Shown here: piece by piece, positions 47,152 through 56,712 of the stretch
Layout: each line of letters begins with the position of its first letter
Numbering within the stretch: the stretch's first letter is position 1
Origin: a bacterium
GTDB lineage: Bacteria > UBA8248
Direction: 5' to 3'
NCBI GenBank assembly: GCA_965213625.1
Contig: CBDBZU010000004.1
Coordinates: forward strand, 2,944,001-3,008,000
Length of the DNA stretch: 64,000 nt
Program-made: the position numbers and the translations under genes
Notes under the pieces: model-generated
Told to the model about the DNA's origin: nothing
The model's input: only the letters and a program-made list of their open reading frames with translations
The model's database searches: none

Positions 47152-48018
47152 ATGCGTGGTTTTGACTTCGTGGCGCCGACGACCATATCGGCCACCCTAA
47201 AAGCGGCAAAAGGCAGAAGCACAAAGTACATCGCCGGAGGCACCAATTTCCTGCCCGATCTCAGGCACCAGCACGACGGCCCGGCGAAAGTCGTCATCGA
47301 CCTGATGAGAGTCTCTGCGCTACAGGGGATTTCCTCATCCAAGGGCCAGATTAAGCTGGGCGCCCTCGCGACCATGACGGACTTGTTGACCAACAAGACC
47401 ATTCTCAAGGAAGCGCCCATCCTGGCGGCGATGTCGGAGAAATTCGCAGGCCCGATCATCCGCAACCGCGCCACGGTGGCCGGCAACATCGTCGACGGCG
47501 GCCCCGCTGCCGACGCCGTTCCTCCCCTCCTCGCTCTGAAGGCGAAGGTGAGACTCGCCAGCGAAAAAGGAAGGCGGACGGTCGATCTCGACAAATTCCT
47601 CACCGGATACCGCCAGACGGCAATCCGGTCCAATGAATTGATCACCGCCGTAACCTTCCCCTCCCCCGGTAGAAACCACAAATGGGGCTATTACAAACTC
47701 GCTCGCAGGAACGCCATGGCCATCACCGTGGTGGGCGTGGCGGTCGTGTTGAAGGTGAGGCGCAAGAAGGTGGAAGAAGCGGGTATTTCGCTGGGCTCCG
47801 TGACGGCGGCTCCCATCCGCTGCTATGAGGCCGAGAAAATTCTCGAAGGCAACGTGGTGAATCTTGAACTGGCCCAAAAAGCCGCGGAAGCCTGCGCCGC
47901 CGTGGCGGCGCCAATCGACGACATTCGCGCATCGGCAGAATACCGCAAGCTGATGTGCGAAGTTCTGCCGCGTCGTCTCATCTGCCAGGCGCTGGATATT
48001 TCACAGGACAACGAATAG
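47152..48018 (+). CDS. Xanthine dehydrogenase family FAD subunit (CoxM/CutM-like)
   Basis: IAGGTN, IRNRATVAGN and DDIRASAEYR motifs. Confidence 0.92.
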   Translation: MRGFDFVAPTTISATLKAAKGRSTKYIAGGTNFLPDLRHQHDGPAKVVIDLMRVSALQGISSSKGQIKLGALATMTDLLTNKTILKEAPILAAMSEKFAGPIIRNRATVAGNIVDGGPAADAVPPLLALKAKVRLASEKGRRTVDLDKFLTGYRQTAIRSNELITAVTFPSPGRNHKWGYYKLARRNAMAITVVGVAVVLKVRRKKVEEAGISLGSVTAAPIRCYEAEKILEGNVVNLELAQKAAEACAAVAAPIDDIRASAEYRKLMCEVLPRRLICQALDISQDNE

Positions 48019-48063
48019 AAGACTTCATCGTCTCTTGAGAATTTCATTGGAGAACACTTGAAG

Positions 48064-48612
48064 ATGGCTACAGCAAGCAAATCTAAACGAACCAAAAAAT
48101 CGAGCGCTCCCGCATACGTGCCGCCCAAGAAACTGCCCATTTCATTCACGGTGAACGGCCAGGAAGTCAGCGCCGAAGCGCCCGCGCACACCACTTTGCT
48201 GTATCTGCTGCGCGACCTGGGCTTCACCGAGGTGAAAAACGGCTGCGAGGCGGGCGATTGCGGCGCGTGCACGATTCTTCTGGATGGTCTGGCGATGAAC
48301 GCTTGCTGCGCGCTCGGCGTCCAGGCCGAAGGGCGTGAGATCACCACCGTCAAGGGCATCGGCACGGTGGACAACCTCCATCCCATACAAGAAAAATTCA
48401 TCGAGCACGGCGCCATCCAGTGCGGTTTTTGCACGCCTGGAATGATAGTCGCCGCGAAGGAGTTGCTCGACAACACCCCGAATCCCAGCCGACACGAAAT
48501 CAAGGCCGGCATTGCGGGTAATCTATGTCGCTGCACAGGCTACGTGAAGATTATCGACGCTATCGAGGCCGCGGCTGAAGAACTTTCCTCGAAGAAAGGA
48601 AAAGGTAAATGA
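48064..48612 (+). CDS. [2Fe-2S] subunit (CoxS/CutS-like)
   Basis: GCEAGDCGACT, QCGFCTPG and GNLCRCTGY motifs. Confidence 0.95.
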   Translation: MATASKSKRTKKSSAPAYVPPKKLPISFTVNGQEVSAEAPAHTTLLYLLRDLGFTEVKNGCEAGDCGACTILLDGLAMNACCALGVQAEGREITTVKGIGTVDNLHPIQEKFIEHGAIQCGFCTPGMIVAAKELLDNTPNPSRHEIKAGIAGNLCRCTGYVKIIDAIEAAAEELSSKKGKGK

Positions 48613-49559
48613 GCGTGACTGCCTCATCGAATTCCACCAAGAAGAAAAAGGCTTCTGAAGAGGGATTCTCGAACGTCGATGACGTTCAAGAGTCGTTCAG
48701 AAAACTCGATTACATCTCCGACCGTACCCTGGCGACCACCCTCTTCCTGGCCACGAAGCTCGAAAAGCCCCTCTTCCTTGAAGGAGAAGCAGGCGTAGGT
48801 AAAACGGAACTCGCCAAGGTGCTCGCCAGCGCGATGGATACCGAGCTCATCCGCCTGCAATGCTACGAGGGTCTCGACGCGAACTCGGCTCTTTACGAGT
48901 GGAACTATGCGAAACAACTCCTCCACATCAAGATGGAGGAAGGTAAGGATTCGGACGCGAAGTCGATTGAAAAAGACATCTTCAGCGAAGAATACCTGAT
49001 AGAACGGCCGCTTCTTCGCGCGCTTTTGCATTCGAAAGAAAAGCCGGTGGTCCTCCTCATCGACGAAATCGACCGCTCAGACGAGGAGTTCGAAGCATTC
49101 CTGCTGGAAATCCTCTCGGACTACCAGATCACGATTCCCGAGATGGGGACCGTAAAGGCGGCCAGCAAGCCTCTGGTGGTGCTCACCAGCAACCGGACGC
49201 GCGAAATCCACGATGCCCTCAAACGCCGTTGCCTGTATCTGTGGGTCGACTACCCCTCCTTCGAGAAAGAAGTGGAGATCATCACGACGAAGGTGCCTGG
49301 AATCAGCGATCGGCTGGCGGAGCAAATCTCGCGCTTCATGACGCAGGCGAGGCAGATGGATTTCTACAAACGCCCCGGCGTGGCCGAATCCCTCGACTGG
49401 GCGCAGGCGCTCCTCGCTCTGCACCGCAATGAGTTAGACGCCGATGCCGTGCGGGAGACCATCGGCTGCATTCTGAAATATCAGGATGACATCAAGCGGG
49501 TGGAAAGGGATGGTCTCGACAGCATGGTAGCGACTGCGCAACTCGCGCCCGACGCTTAA
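48609..49559 (+). CDS. coxD: MoxR AAA+ ATPase (CoxD-like)
   Basis: GEAGVGKT, RLQCYEGLD, LIDEIDR and HDALKRRC motifs. Confidence 0.9.
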   Translation: MSVTASSNSTKKKKASEEGFSNVDDVQESFRKLDYISDRTLATTLFLATKLEKPLFLEGEAGVGKTELAKVLASAMDTELIRLQCYEGLDANSALYEWNYAKQLLHIKMEEGKDSDAKSIEKDIFSEEYLIERPLLRALLHSKEKPVVLLIDEIDRSDEEFEAFLLEILSDYQITIPEMGTVKAASKPLVVLTSNRTREIHDALKRRCLYLWVDYPSFEKEVEIITTKVPGISDRLAEQISRFMTQARQMDFYKRPGVAESLDWAQALLALHRNELDADAVRETIGCILKYQDDIKRVERDGLDSMVATAQLAPDA

Positions 49560-49572
49560 TCCGGACTACTTC

Positions 49573-50838
49573 ATGGCAACCTCCATTCGTCCCATCGTGC
49601 AAGGCACTCTGCCCAAGCGCAAAATACGCGTAAAGGGACGGGGTCTGAAAGGCGAGATGATCGGCTTTTGCCGAATCCTCAGGCGCGCGGGCCTCAAGAT
49701 AACCTCCGGCCGCATCATCGACGTGTTCCGCTGCTTTGATTCGCTCGAAGCCACGAATCTCGACAACATCTACGTCGCCAGCAAGTCGAATCTCATCTCC
49801 AGCCAGGATGAGAGCATGATCTTCGACGCCGTATTCCGGCAATACTGGTTCGATGAGGAAGGAAATCCTTACACGGGCGACGAATCGGTGCAGGTCGACA
49901 CGCAATTCGAAGAAGAAGGCGAAGGACAGGCCAGCGAAGGGGGCGGCTCTTCGGAAGAAGGTGAATCGGACGCCGAGGGCGAAGGGCAGGAAAACCCGGG
50001 CCTCCCGTCGGAAGACGACGTGGAAAGCGCCGCCGAACCCGGCGAGCAGGGAGACGACGACGAGGGAATACCCTCATACAGCCCCGCCGAAGTCATTTCG
50101 GACAAAGATTTTTCCGCGCTGAACATGGACCAGGTTGCCGAACTCAGGCGCCTCATTGCGAAACTCGTTCCCAAGCTCGCCACTAAAATCAGCCGCCGCA
50201 AACGCCCAGACATGCGCTCTCCCGAAATCGACATGAGACGAAGCGTGAAGAGAAGCGTTCGCTCGGGCGGCGAGGTGCTGAAACTCTTCCGCCGCAGAAG
50301 AAAGATACAAAAAACCCAGATCGTGCTCATCTGTGACGTATCGGGGTCGATGGACAGCTACAGCCAGTTTTTGATTCAGTTCCTCTACAGTCTGCAAAAC
50401 GAGATCAAGTCGCTGCGCACGTTCGTCTTCAGCACGCGTCTTTCGGACGCCACGCCGTATCTGCGCCACAAGGACGTGAACACTGCTCTCAAGCGACTCT
50501 CCATGGAGGTGCACGACTGGAGCGGCGGCACGCAAATCGGCAACTGTCTCAAGACTTTCAACTATGAATTCGGAAGAACCATCCTGAACAGCCGCACCAT
50601 CGTAATCATCATATCGGACGGCTGGGACCGGGGCGATACGGACACGCTGGCGGAGGAAATGAACCGCCTCAAGAAGATCTGCTACAAACTCTTCTGGCTC
50701 AATCCCTTGCTGGGCAGCCCCGGCTACCGCCCGATCGACAGGGGAATGAGAACGGCCCTTCCCTATTGCGATGAATTCCTGGCGGCCCACAATCTCGATA
50801 GCCTGGTCGACATGACGAACAAGATCGCGCGCATATAA
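49573..50838 (+). CDS. coxE: VWA-domain protein (CoxE-like)
   Basis: CDVSGSM, FSTRL, WSGGT, ISDGWD and WLNPL motifs; acidic linker. Confidence 0.9.
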   Translation: MATSIRPIVQGTLPKRKIRVKGRGLKGEMIGFCRILRRAGLKITSGRIIDVFRCFDSLEATNLDNIYVASKSNLISSQDESMIFDAVFRQYWFDEEGNPYTGDESVQVDTQFEEEGEGQASEGGGSSEEGESDAEGEGQENPGLPSEDDVESAAEPGEQGDDDEGIPSYSPAEVISDKDFSALNMDQVAELRRLIAKLVPKLATKISRRKRPDMRSPEIDMRRSVKRSVRSGGEVLKLFRRRRKIQKTQIVLICDVSGSMDSYSQFLIQFLYSLQNEIKSLRTFVFSTRLSDATPYLRHKDVNTALKRLSMEVHDWSGGTQIGNCLKTFNYEFGRTILNSRTIVIIISDGWDRGDTDTLAEEMNRLKKICYKLFWLNPLLGSPGYRPIDRGMRTALPYCDEFLAAHNLDSLVDMTNKIARI

Positions 50839-50905
50839 AACCACCGCTTTTCTTCACGCAATTCTGTTGGTATGAATACGCAATTATCAATTCATCACTC
50901 AGGAA

Positions 50906-51580
50906 TTGAGAACGGAATTGGCAAATCTACTGATTTACACGGCAGACAACGGATTCGCGGACGCGCTAGGGCGCGCTCTGAGGCGTGAAGGCCATTTTTG
51001 CAAAATGGTGCAGGATGAAACCACGGCTTTGCAGGAAGTACGCTCAAGGGGCCTGGCCCTCATCTTGCTTGATGACGCCCCTGCGCTGCCAAAAGTCGAA
51101 GAAATGCGGAACTGGACCACGCTGCCGATCCTCCTGCTACTCGAACCGGACCGACTGGCCGTAGTTCGCACGCCCACCGAGGCCGACGACATTCTCGTAA
51201 AACCCGTACGGGAAGAGGAGCTTTTGTATCGCGTCCGAAATCTGTGTCATCGCTCGGGGCAGGAATCCGAAGGTGCGCGAACGCTCAAGAGCAAGGGGCT
51301 GACGCTGGATGAGAGTCGTTACGAGATCAGGCTCGATGGCGAGTTGATTGACTTGACCTACCGTGAATTCGAGCTTTTGAAGCACCTCATCAACAATCCC
51401 GAACGCGTCTTCGACAGAGAACAGCTTCTGAACCTCGTCTGGGGAATTGACTACCTCGGAGGCCCGCGGACGGTCGACGTTCACATTCGCCGCATTCGCG
51501 CGAAAATCGAGGTCAGGGGATATTCGTTCATTTCCACCGTGCGGGGAGTCGGCTACAAGTTTATTGGAGAATCGTCGTGA
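50906..51580 (+). CDS. Orphan OmpR-family regulator, GlnR-like
   Basis: Degenerate receiver domain; C-terminal LTYREFELLKHL..RVFDREQLL..VWGIDYLGGPRTVDVHIRRIRAK. No kinase is adjacent. Confidence 0.8.
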   Translation: MRTELANLLIYTADNGFADALGRALRREGHFCKMVQDETTALQEVRSRGLALILLDDAPALPKVEEMRNWTTLPILLLLEPDRLAVVRTPTEADDILVKPVREEELLYRVRNLCHRSGQESEGARTLKSKGLTLDESRYEIRLDGELIDLTYREFELLKHLINNPERVFDREQLLNLVWGIDYLGGPRTVDVHIRRIRAKIEVRGYSFISTVRGVGYKFIGESS

Positions 51581-51627
51581 CGCCTGGTTTCTTTCGCATT
51601 TTCGTTTCGATCAAAAACCGGCGATTT

Positions 51628-51643
51628 GAAACCGGCACGAAAC
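51628..51643 (+). promoter_or_regulatory. GlnR-box-like direct repeat upstream of glnA
   Basis: GAAAC-CGGCAC-GAAAC (5-N6-5 spacing). Confidence 0.45.
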
Positions 51644-51701
51644 ATACAGGATATAGGCTGAATTGCTTTGCCGGGAAAAATCGGCTCATCTGGAGTTCAT
51701 A

Positions 51702-53048
51702 ATGTCTGACGCTTTCGATGATAAAGATCGCGAATTCGTAATCAACCAAGCCCGCGAACTCGGCGTGCGCTTTATCCGCATGTGGTTCACCGACATCCTG
51801 GGCTTCCTCAAGAGTTTCGCCATCACCATCGAAGAGCTCGAAAACGCGCTCTACGAGGGGCATCTTTTCGATGGAGCCGCCATCGAGGGCTTCGCGCGCA
51901 TCGAAGAGAGCGACATGTTCGCCCACCCCGACCCCACGACGTTCTGCGTGCTGCCATGGCGTCCGCAGGATGGCGGGGCCGTCGCAAGAATGTTCTGCGA
52001 CATCAAAGACCCGGACGGCAATCCCTATGAGAGCGACCCTCGCTACGTGCTCAGGCGAACCCTCCAGAGTGCGGCGCAAAAGGGATTCACGTTTTACGCG
52101 GGCATAGAGTATGAACACTACTACTTCAAATCTCATGAACAGCCGATTGAAACACTCGACCGGGGTGGGTATTTCGATCTCACACCCTTGGATATCGCAA
52201 GTGATCTAAGACGCGAGACGGTGCTCAATCTCGAAAAAATGGGAATCGGCGTCGAATACAGCCATCACGAGGTCGGGCCCAGCCAGCACGAAATAGACTT
52301 GCGCTACGGCGATGCGCTCACCATGGCGGACAACGCAATGACTTACCGACTCGTCGTGAAAGAAGTCGCCATGCGCCATGGCGTCTACGCCACTTTCATG
52401 CCCAAGCCTTTATCCCAAGAAAACGGAAATGGAATGCACACCCATCTTTCTCTGTTCCAGGGTTTGGAGAACGTGTTCCACAACCCGGATAAGCCCGGCG
52501 GCCTATCGGATACGTGCCAGGCGTTTATCTCCGGGCTCTTGAAATACGTCCCCGAGATGACGCTCGTCCTCAACCAATGGGTGAACAGCTACAAGCGCCT
52601 CGTCCCCGGTTTCGAGGCGCCCGCCTACGTCACTTGGGCGCACAAGAGCCGCAGCGATCTGATTCGCATCCCCAGCACGCGCAAGGGCATGGAATCCGAT
52701 ACGCGAATCGAGTTGCGCTCGCCGGACTCGGCGTGCAATCCCTATCTGGCGTTCGCCTGCATGCTGGCGGCAGGGATGGCGGGAATCGAAGAGGGCCTGC
52801 CGCCCGTACCTGCCGTGGAAGAAAACGTATTTGAAATGAGTGAGAAAAAACGTCGGGATCAAGGTATTAAAAGCTTGCCCGGAAACTTGCGGGAAGCCAC
52901 GGTGCTGGCAGAGCAGAGCGATTTCCTGAGAAACGTGTTCGGAAACCAGTTATTCGAGAAATTCATCGAGAACAAAAAACTCGAATGGGCGCCCTATCGC
53001 GCCCACGTCTCGGATTTCGAACTCAACAAATATCTTTCGATTCTCTAA
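51702..53048 (+). CDS. glnA: Glutamine synthetase type I (GSI-alpha-like)
   Basis: FDGAAIEG, HHEV..QHEI, TFMPKP..NGNGMH, NSYKRLVPGFEAP and RIELRSPD..NPYL motifs. Confidence 0.93.
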   Translation: MSDAFDDKDREFVINQARELGVRFIRMWFTDILGFLKSFAITIEELENALYEGHLFDGAAIEGFARIEESDMFAHPDPTTFCVLPWRPQDGGAVARMFCDIKDPDGNPYESDPRYVLRRTLQSAAQKGFTFYAGIEYEHYYFKSHEQPIETLDRGGYFDLTPLDIASDLRRETVLNLEKMGIGVEYSHHEVGPSQHEIDLRYGDALTMADNAMTYRLVVKEVAMRHGVYATFMPKPLSQENGNGMHTHLSLFQGLENVFHNPDKPGGLSDTCQAFISGLLKYVPEMTLVLNQWVNSYKRLVPGFEAPAYVTWAHKSRSDLIRIPSTRKGMESDTRIELRSPDSACNPYLAFACMLAAGMAGIEEGLPPVPAVEENVFEMSEKKRRDQGIKSLPGNLREATVLAEQSDFLRNVFGNQLFEKFIENKKLEWAPYRAHVSDFELNKYLSIL

Positions 53049-53095
53049 AATCAGACTGCTTGCTCAGGAAGTATGAGGCGAGGAATTTAGTCGCT

Positions 53096-53425
53096 CTAGT
53101 CAGCACAACTCTCGGCCAACCATTCGAGGTAGGACGCACTCCCCTTATTAACCGCAATCGCCAGCATCTCCGGCACATCATAGCTGTGGATTTCCGCCAG
53201 ATGATCGGAGAGGGCCTGCAATTTTTCCTGCGTGGTTTTTATGATGAGCAGGACTTCCGCATCATCCTGAACCGCCCCCTCCCACCGATAGAAGCTGCGG
53301 ATTTTCGGGACCAGATTGACGCAGGCGCACAGCTTCCGCTCGACCAACGATTTCGCAACCCGCACTCCCTCTTCCTCGGAACCCGCTGTGCTCAACACGA
53401 TCCGGAACGCTCGCCCATCTTTCAT
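53096..53425 (-). CDS. cutA: Divalent-cation tolerance protein CutA
   Basis: LCACVN, SFYRWEG, IKT and HSYDVPE motifs. Confidence 0.93.
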   Translation of the reverse strand: MKDGRAFRIVLSTAGSEEEGVRVAKSLVERKLCACVNLVPKIRSFYRWEGAVQDDAEVLLIIKTTQEKLQALSDHLAEIHSYDVPEMLAIAVNKGSASYLEWLAESCAD

Positions 53426-53435
53426 GGCTTTCTCC

Positions 53436-54392
53436 TCATGCGCCCAGTATCTTCTCGGCCGCGCTGTAGGGGTCCACTCTTCGCGCGGCGATGGCGTCCA
53501 GAAGATCATCCAGCTCCCGCCCGCCTTTCGCGCCGTCTCCCATGCGCTCCACGGCGAGTTCTTTCATCACTTCCGCGAGTGTGATGCGGGCGCGCTCTCG
53601 CCCGAGACGCCCTGCCTCTTCGGGGTGTTCTTGCAAAAAGGCCATACGCGCCTCGACCTGCGCGGCCAATTCTTCCGTTCCCTCGCCCGTGAGCGCTTCT
53701 GTCTTCAGCACGGGGGGCCTCCAGATACTCGCCTCGCCGGGATGAAACTTGAAATCCAGCATTTCCTCGATTTCCTTCACTGTCCTGTCCGCGCCGTCTC
53801 GCTTTGCCTTATTCACCACGAAAATATCGCCGATCTCCAGTATTCCCGCCTTCGCCGCCTGAATATGGTCCCCGCCGCCGGGCGTCTGGAGCAAAACAAC
53901 CACGTCCGCGCACTGCATGATGTTCACCTCACCCTGCCCCACGCCTACGGTCTCGACGATCACGACGTCCCAGCCCATGGCGTCCATGACGCAGAGCGCA
54001 TCCCCTGTCGCGCGAGCGAGTCCGCCCAGATTGCCGCGTGTCGCCATGCTGCGGATAAAGACTTTCGGGTCCGTACTGTGCCTGCCCATCCGGATGCGAT
54101 CGCCCAGAATGGCGCCGCCCGTGAATGGACTCGTCGGGTCCACCGCGATGACGCACACCCTTTTCTCCTGAGCGCGATAATGGGCGATCAACTGGTCGGA
54201 AAGCGTGCTCTTGCCCGCTCCGGGGGGGCCGGTGATGCCGATGACCAGGCCTTTCCCGCCTTTCAAATACAACTCCTGCAAAATGGGTTTCGCACGCGGG
54301 TCGTTGTCTTCCACCAGCGTGATGAGCTTGGCGGCTGGTCGTACCATCCCGTCCAGTATCTGAGAGATTTGTATTTTACTTCTATCATTCAT
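53436..54392 (-). CDS. meaB: Methylmalonyl-CoA mutase-associated GTPase
   Basis: GITGPPGAGKST, AVDPTSPFTGGAILGDRIRM and ETVGVGQ motifs. Confidence 0.93.
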   Translation of the reverse strand: MNDRSKIQISQILDGMVRPAAKLITLVEDNDPRAKPILQELYLKGGKGLVIGITGPPGAGKSTLSDQLIAHYRAQEKRVCVIAVDPTSPFTGGAILGDRIRMGRHSTDPKVFIRSMATRGNLGGLARATGDALCVMDAMGWDVVIVETVGVGQGEVNIMQCADVVVLLQTPGGGDHIQAAKAGILEIGDIFVVNKAKRDGADRTVKEIEEMLDFKFHPGEASIWRPPVLKTEALTGEGTEELAAQVEARMAFLQEHPEEAGRLGRERARITLAEVMKELAVERMGDGAKGGRELDDLLDAIAARRVDPYSAAEKILGA

Positions 54393-54450
54393 ATTTATTT
54401 ATCAGTATGTTGTGGGCGTATCATTATGTTGTTTCTAGGGTATTTTGCTT

Positions 54451-55596
54451 TCAGGAATCGAATAGATGCCGGCACACGAGATCACGATGCACCTCGCTCG
54501 TGCCTTCTCCGAGGGTGAACACCCGGGCGTCGCGCCAGAACATCCCCGCAGGCGTTTCTGCGATGTAGCCATACCCGCCATGAATCTGTATCCCTCTATC
54601 GCATACGCGAAGACAGGCCTCCGAGGCGAAAAGTTTCGCCATGGCTACCTCCTCCCTGTTGTCTCCTCCCGCGTCACGGATTCTTGCTGCAGCGACAACC
54701 ATCTCGCGAGAAGTAGCGATATCTATGGCGCTATCGGCCATCATGCCCCGCAGACCGGCAAAATCAGAGACAGGCTTTCCGAATGCTTCGCGCTTCTTGG
54801 CATGGGATGCCGCAGCTTCTAGTGACGCCTGCGCTATACCGACGCACATCGCACCCAGGACGACTCTCCCGTCGTTCAGTACCTGCATCGCCTGTCGCAG
54901 GCCATCCCCTTCTTCTCCGATCAGGCGTTCCGCCGGAATCTCGCAGTTTTCAAAGTAGATTTCCGCCGTGCCTGCTGAGCGCATCCCGAGAGTCTCTGCA
55001 AGTGGGACGCTTCTACACCCCCCATCGCCATTTTCTATCAAAAATGCGCTGATACCGTCTTTTCCCTCGGATGAGCGTGCAAAGATAACCATGCTTTCAA
55101 AATTCATTCCTTGTGTAACGAACATTTTCGCGCCGTTGATGATATAGGCATCCCCATGTCGCCTTGCTTCACACTCGAGAGCCGATGCATGACTGCCCGC
55201 GACACGCTCGGTAATCACCCATGCGCCTATCGCTCCTCTCGTAAGTGGGGGAATCCAACTATTTTTCTGCGCGTCCGATCCATGGTGGAGCAAATGCCCC
55301 CCGCAAAGGCCCGCCGAGACGCTGATAGTGAGCGCGAAACTCGGATCGCCACCGGCCAGTTCCTCCATAATGAGGCATTCGTCAAACAAACCGAGGCCGC
55401 GTCCGACCTGGCTTTCGGGTATTTTAACGCCGATGAATCCCGCTTCGGCCGCCTCTTCGTATAACTCGCAGGAGAAAGTGCCCGCCAGGTCGCGATCCAA
55501 AGCGCCGTGTGCAAGTCGCTTTTGGGCGAATTCCCGGGCCTCTGCCTGGAGGGCCGATTCTTCTTGCGTTATTTCCGTGTGTGTGACGAAAGACAA
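54451..55596 (-). CDS. Acyl-CoA dehydrogenase
   Basis: ITE..AGS, NGAKMFVT, REAFGKP, QIHGGYGY and LGEGTSE motifs. Confidence 0.92.
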   Translation of the reverse strand: MSFVTHTEITQEESALQAEAREFAQKRLAHGALDRDLAGTFSCELYEEAAEAGFIGVKIPESQVGRGLGLFDECLIMEELAGGDPSFALTISVSAGLCGGHLLHHGSDAQKNSWIPPLTRGAIGAWVITERVAGSHASALECEARRHGDAYIINGAKMFVTQGMNFESMVIFARSSEGKDGISAFLIENGDGGCRSVPLAETLGMRSAGTAEIYFENCEIPAERLIGEEGDGLRQAMQVLNDGRVVLGAMCVGIAQASLEAAASHAKKREAFGKPVSDFAGLRGMMADSAIDIATSREMVVAAARIRDAGGDNREEVAMAKLFASEACLRVCDRGIQIHGGYGYIAETPAGMFWRDARVFTLGEGTSEVHRDLVCRHLFDS

Positions 55597-55601
55597 GCTC
55601 G

Positions 55602-56591
55602 TTATCCTCCACCCGCTTGAAGCGCCGGTATGATTTCTTCGCCCAGAAGTGTCAACCTATGAGGATTCAGGTCCAGATCGGGAATGGTAATCAGAATGTG
55701 GTTCACCCCAGCTTTCGGGTATTCCTTCAGACGCGCAACGCAATCTTTGGGAGTTCCATAGACGCTACCTGATTCCGGGATGACGCTCAGCTTCTCGCGT
55801 GCCGCCCTGGCCACGGCCCTGTCTTTTTCTGGTATCACCATAACCATGAGAGACGCCCTCACCGCATCGGGGTCTCTCCCCCCTCTTTTGCACTCGGCCT
55901 CAATGGCGGGTCTTTTATCCAGAAACTGCTCAGGCGTCCACCAGCGGCAGTTGTAGCCATCCGCCTGGCGGGCAGAAACCCCCAGTAGTTTTGGACCCTC
56001 GCCTCCCGTCCAGATTGGCGGGTGCGGTTTTTGAACAGGGTGCGGATCGCAAACGCCGTTTCGGATTTGAAAATATCCGCCATCGAAATGGGGAGTAGAT
56101 TCGGTCCACATCGCGCGTATCAACCGAATGGCTTCTTCTAATTGCTCAATACGCACGGAGGCGTTCGGATAGGGATAACCGAAAGAATGATATTCATTTT
56201 CTATCCAGCCCGCCCCGATCCCGAAATCAACCCGGCCCTTGCTGATAACGTCGACCGTGGCCGCCATCTTCGCCAGCATGGCCGGCGGACGGTATCCAAC
56301 ACAAGTCACCAGCGTGCCCAGGCGTAAGGTTTCGGTGTCTCGCGCGAGGGCGGCGAGGGTCGTCCAGGGCTCTAGAATCGCGGTATCGCCGGATTGTTCT
56401 TTCTCGTCCTGGGCGCCGAAGCCCGTCTGGCTCCCGTAGGAAGCGGGATCGAGCGTCACGAAATGATCGCAATGCCACAAAGAATCGATGCCCAGTCTTT
56501 CCGCCTCCTGGGCGATTTCTCTCAGCTTATCGTAGTCGCCGATATAAGTGCCCTTGAGCGTCAGCGCCACGATGACTCCGAATTCCAGCAT
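55602..56591 (-). CDS. LLM-class oxidoreductase, probable F420-dependent subfamily
   Basis: WHCDHF, LEPWTTLAALARDTETLRLGTLVT and YRPPAMLAKMAATVDVISKGR motifs. Confidence 0.85.
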   Translation of the reverse strand: MLEFGVIVALTLKGTYIGDYDKLREIAQEAERLGIDSLWHCDHFVTLDPASYGSQTGFGAQDEKEQSGDTAILEPWTTLAALARDTETLRLGTLVTCVGYRPPAMLAKMAATVDVISKGRVDFGIGAGWIENEYHSFGYPYPNASVRIEQLEEAIRLIRAMWTESTPHFDGGYFQIRNGVCDPHPVQKPHPPIWTGGEGPKLLGVSARQADGYNCRWWTPEQFLDKRPAIEAECKRGGRDPDAVRASLMVMVIPEKDRAVARAAREKLSVIPESGSVYGTPKDCVARLKEYPKAGVNHILITIPDLDLNPHRLTLLGEEIIPALQAGGG

Positions 56592-56712
56592 GATGCTCCT
56601 CTCACACACGCGTATACAGGGAACCGTTTCGTTCCTTCACTTTATCAGCAATATGAACGAGAAACGAGAGGTAGCACATTCTCCTAATTGTATCGTTCAG
56701 CGAATGGGAACC

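Noticed and set aside
47152-50838. Aerobic CO dehydrogenase
   Set aside because: There is no CoxL or AYXCSFR motif in the window, and the FAD subunit has AGGTN rather than AGGHS.
53436-54392. meaB without an adjacent mutase as a novelty
   Set aside because: meaB is often unlinked from its mutase, which may be elsewhere in the genome.
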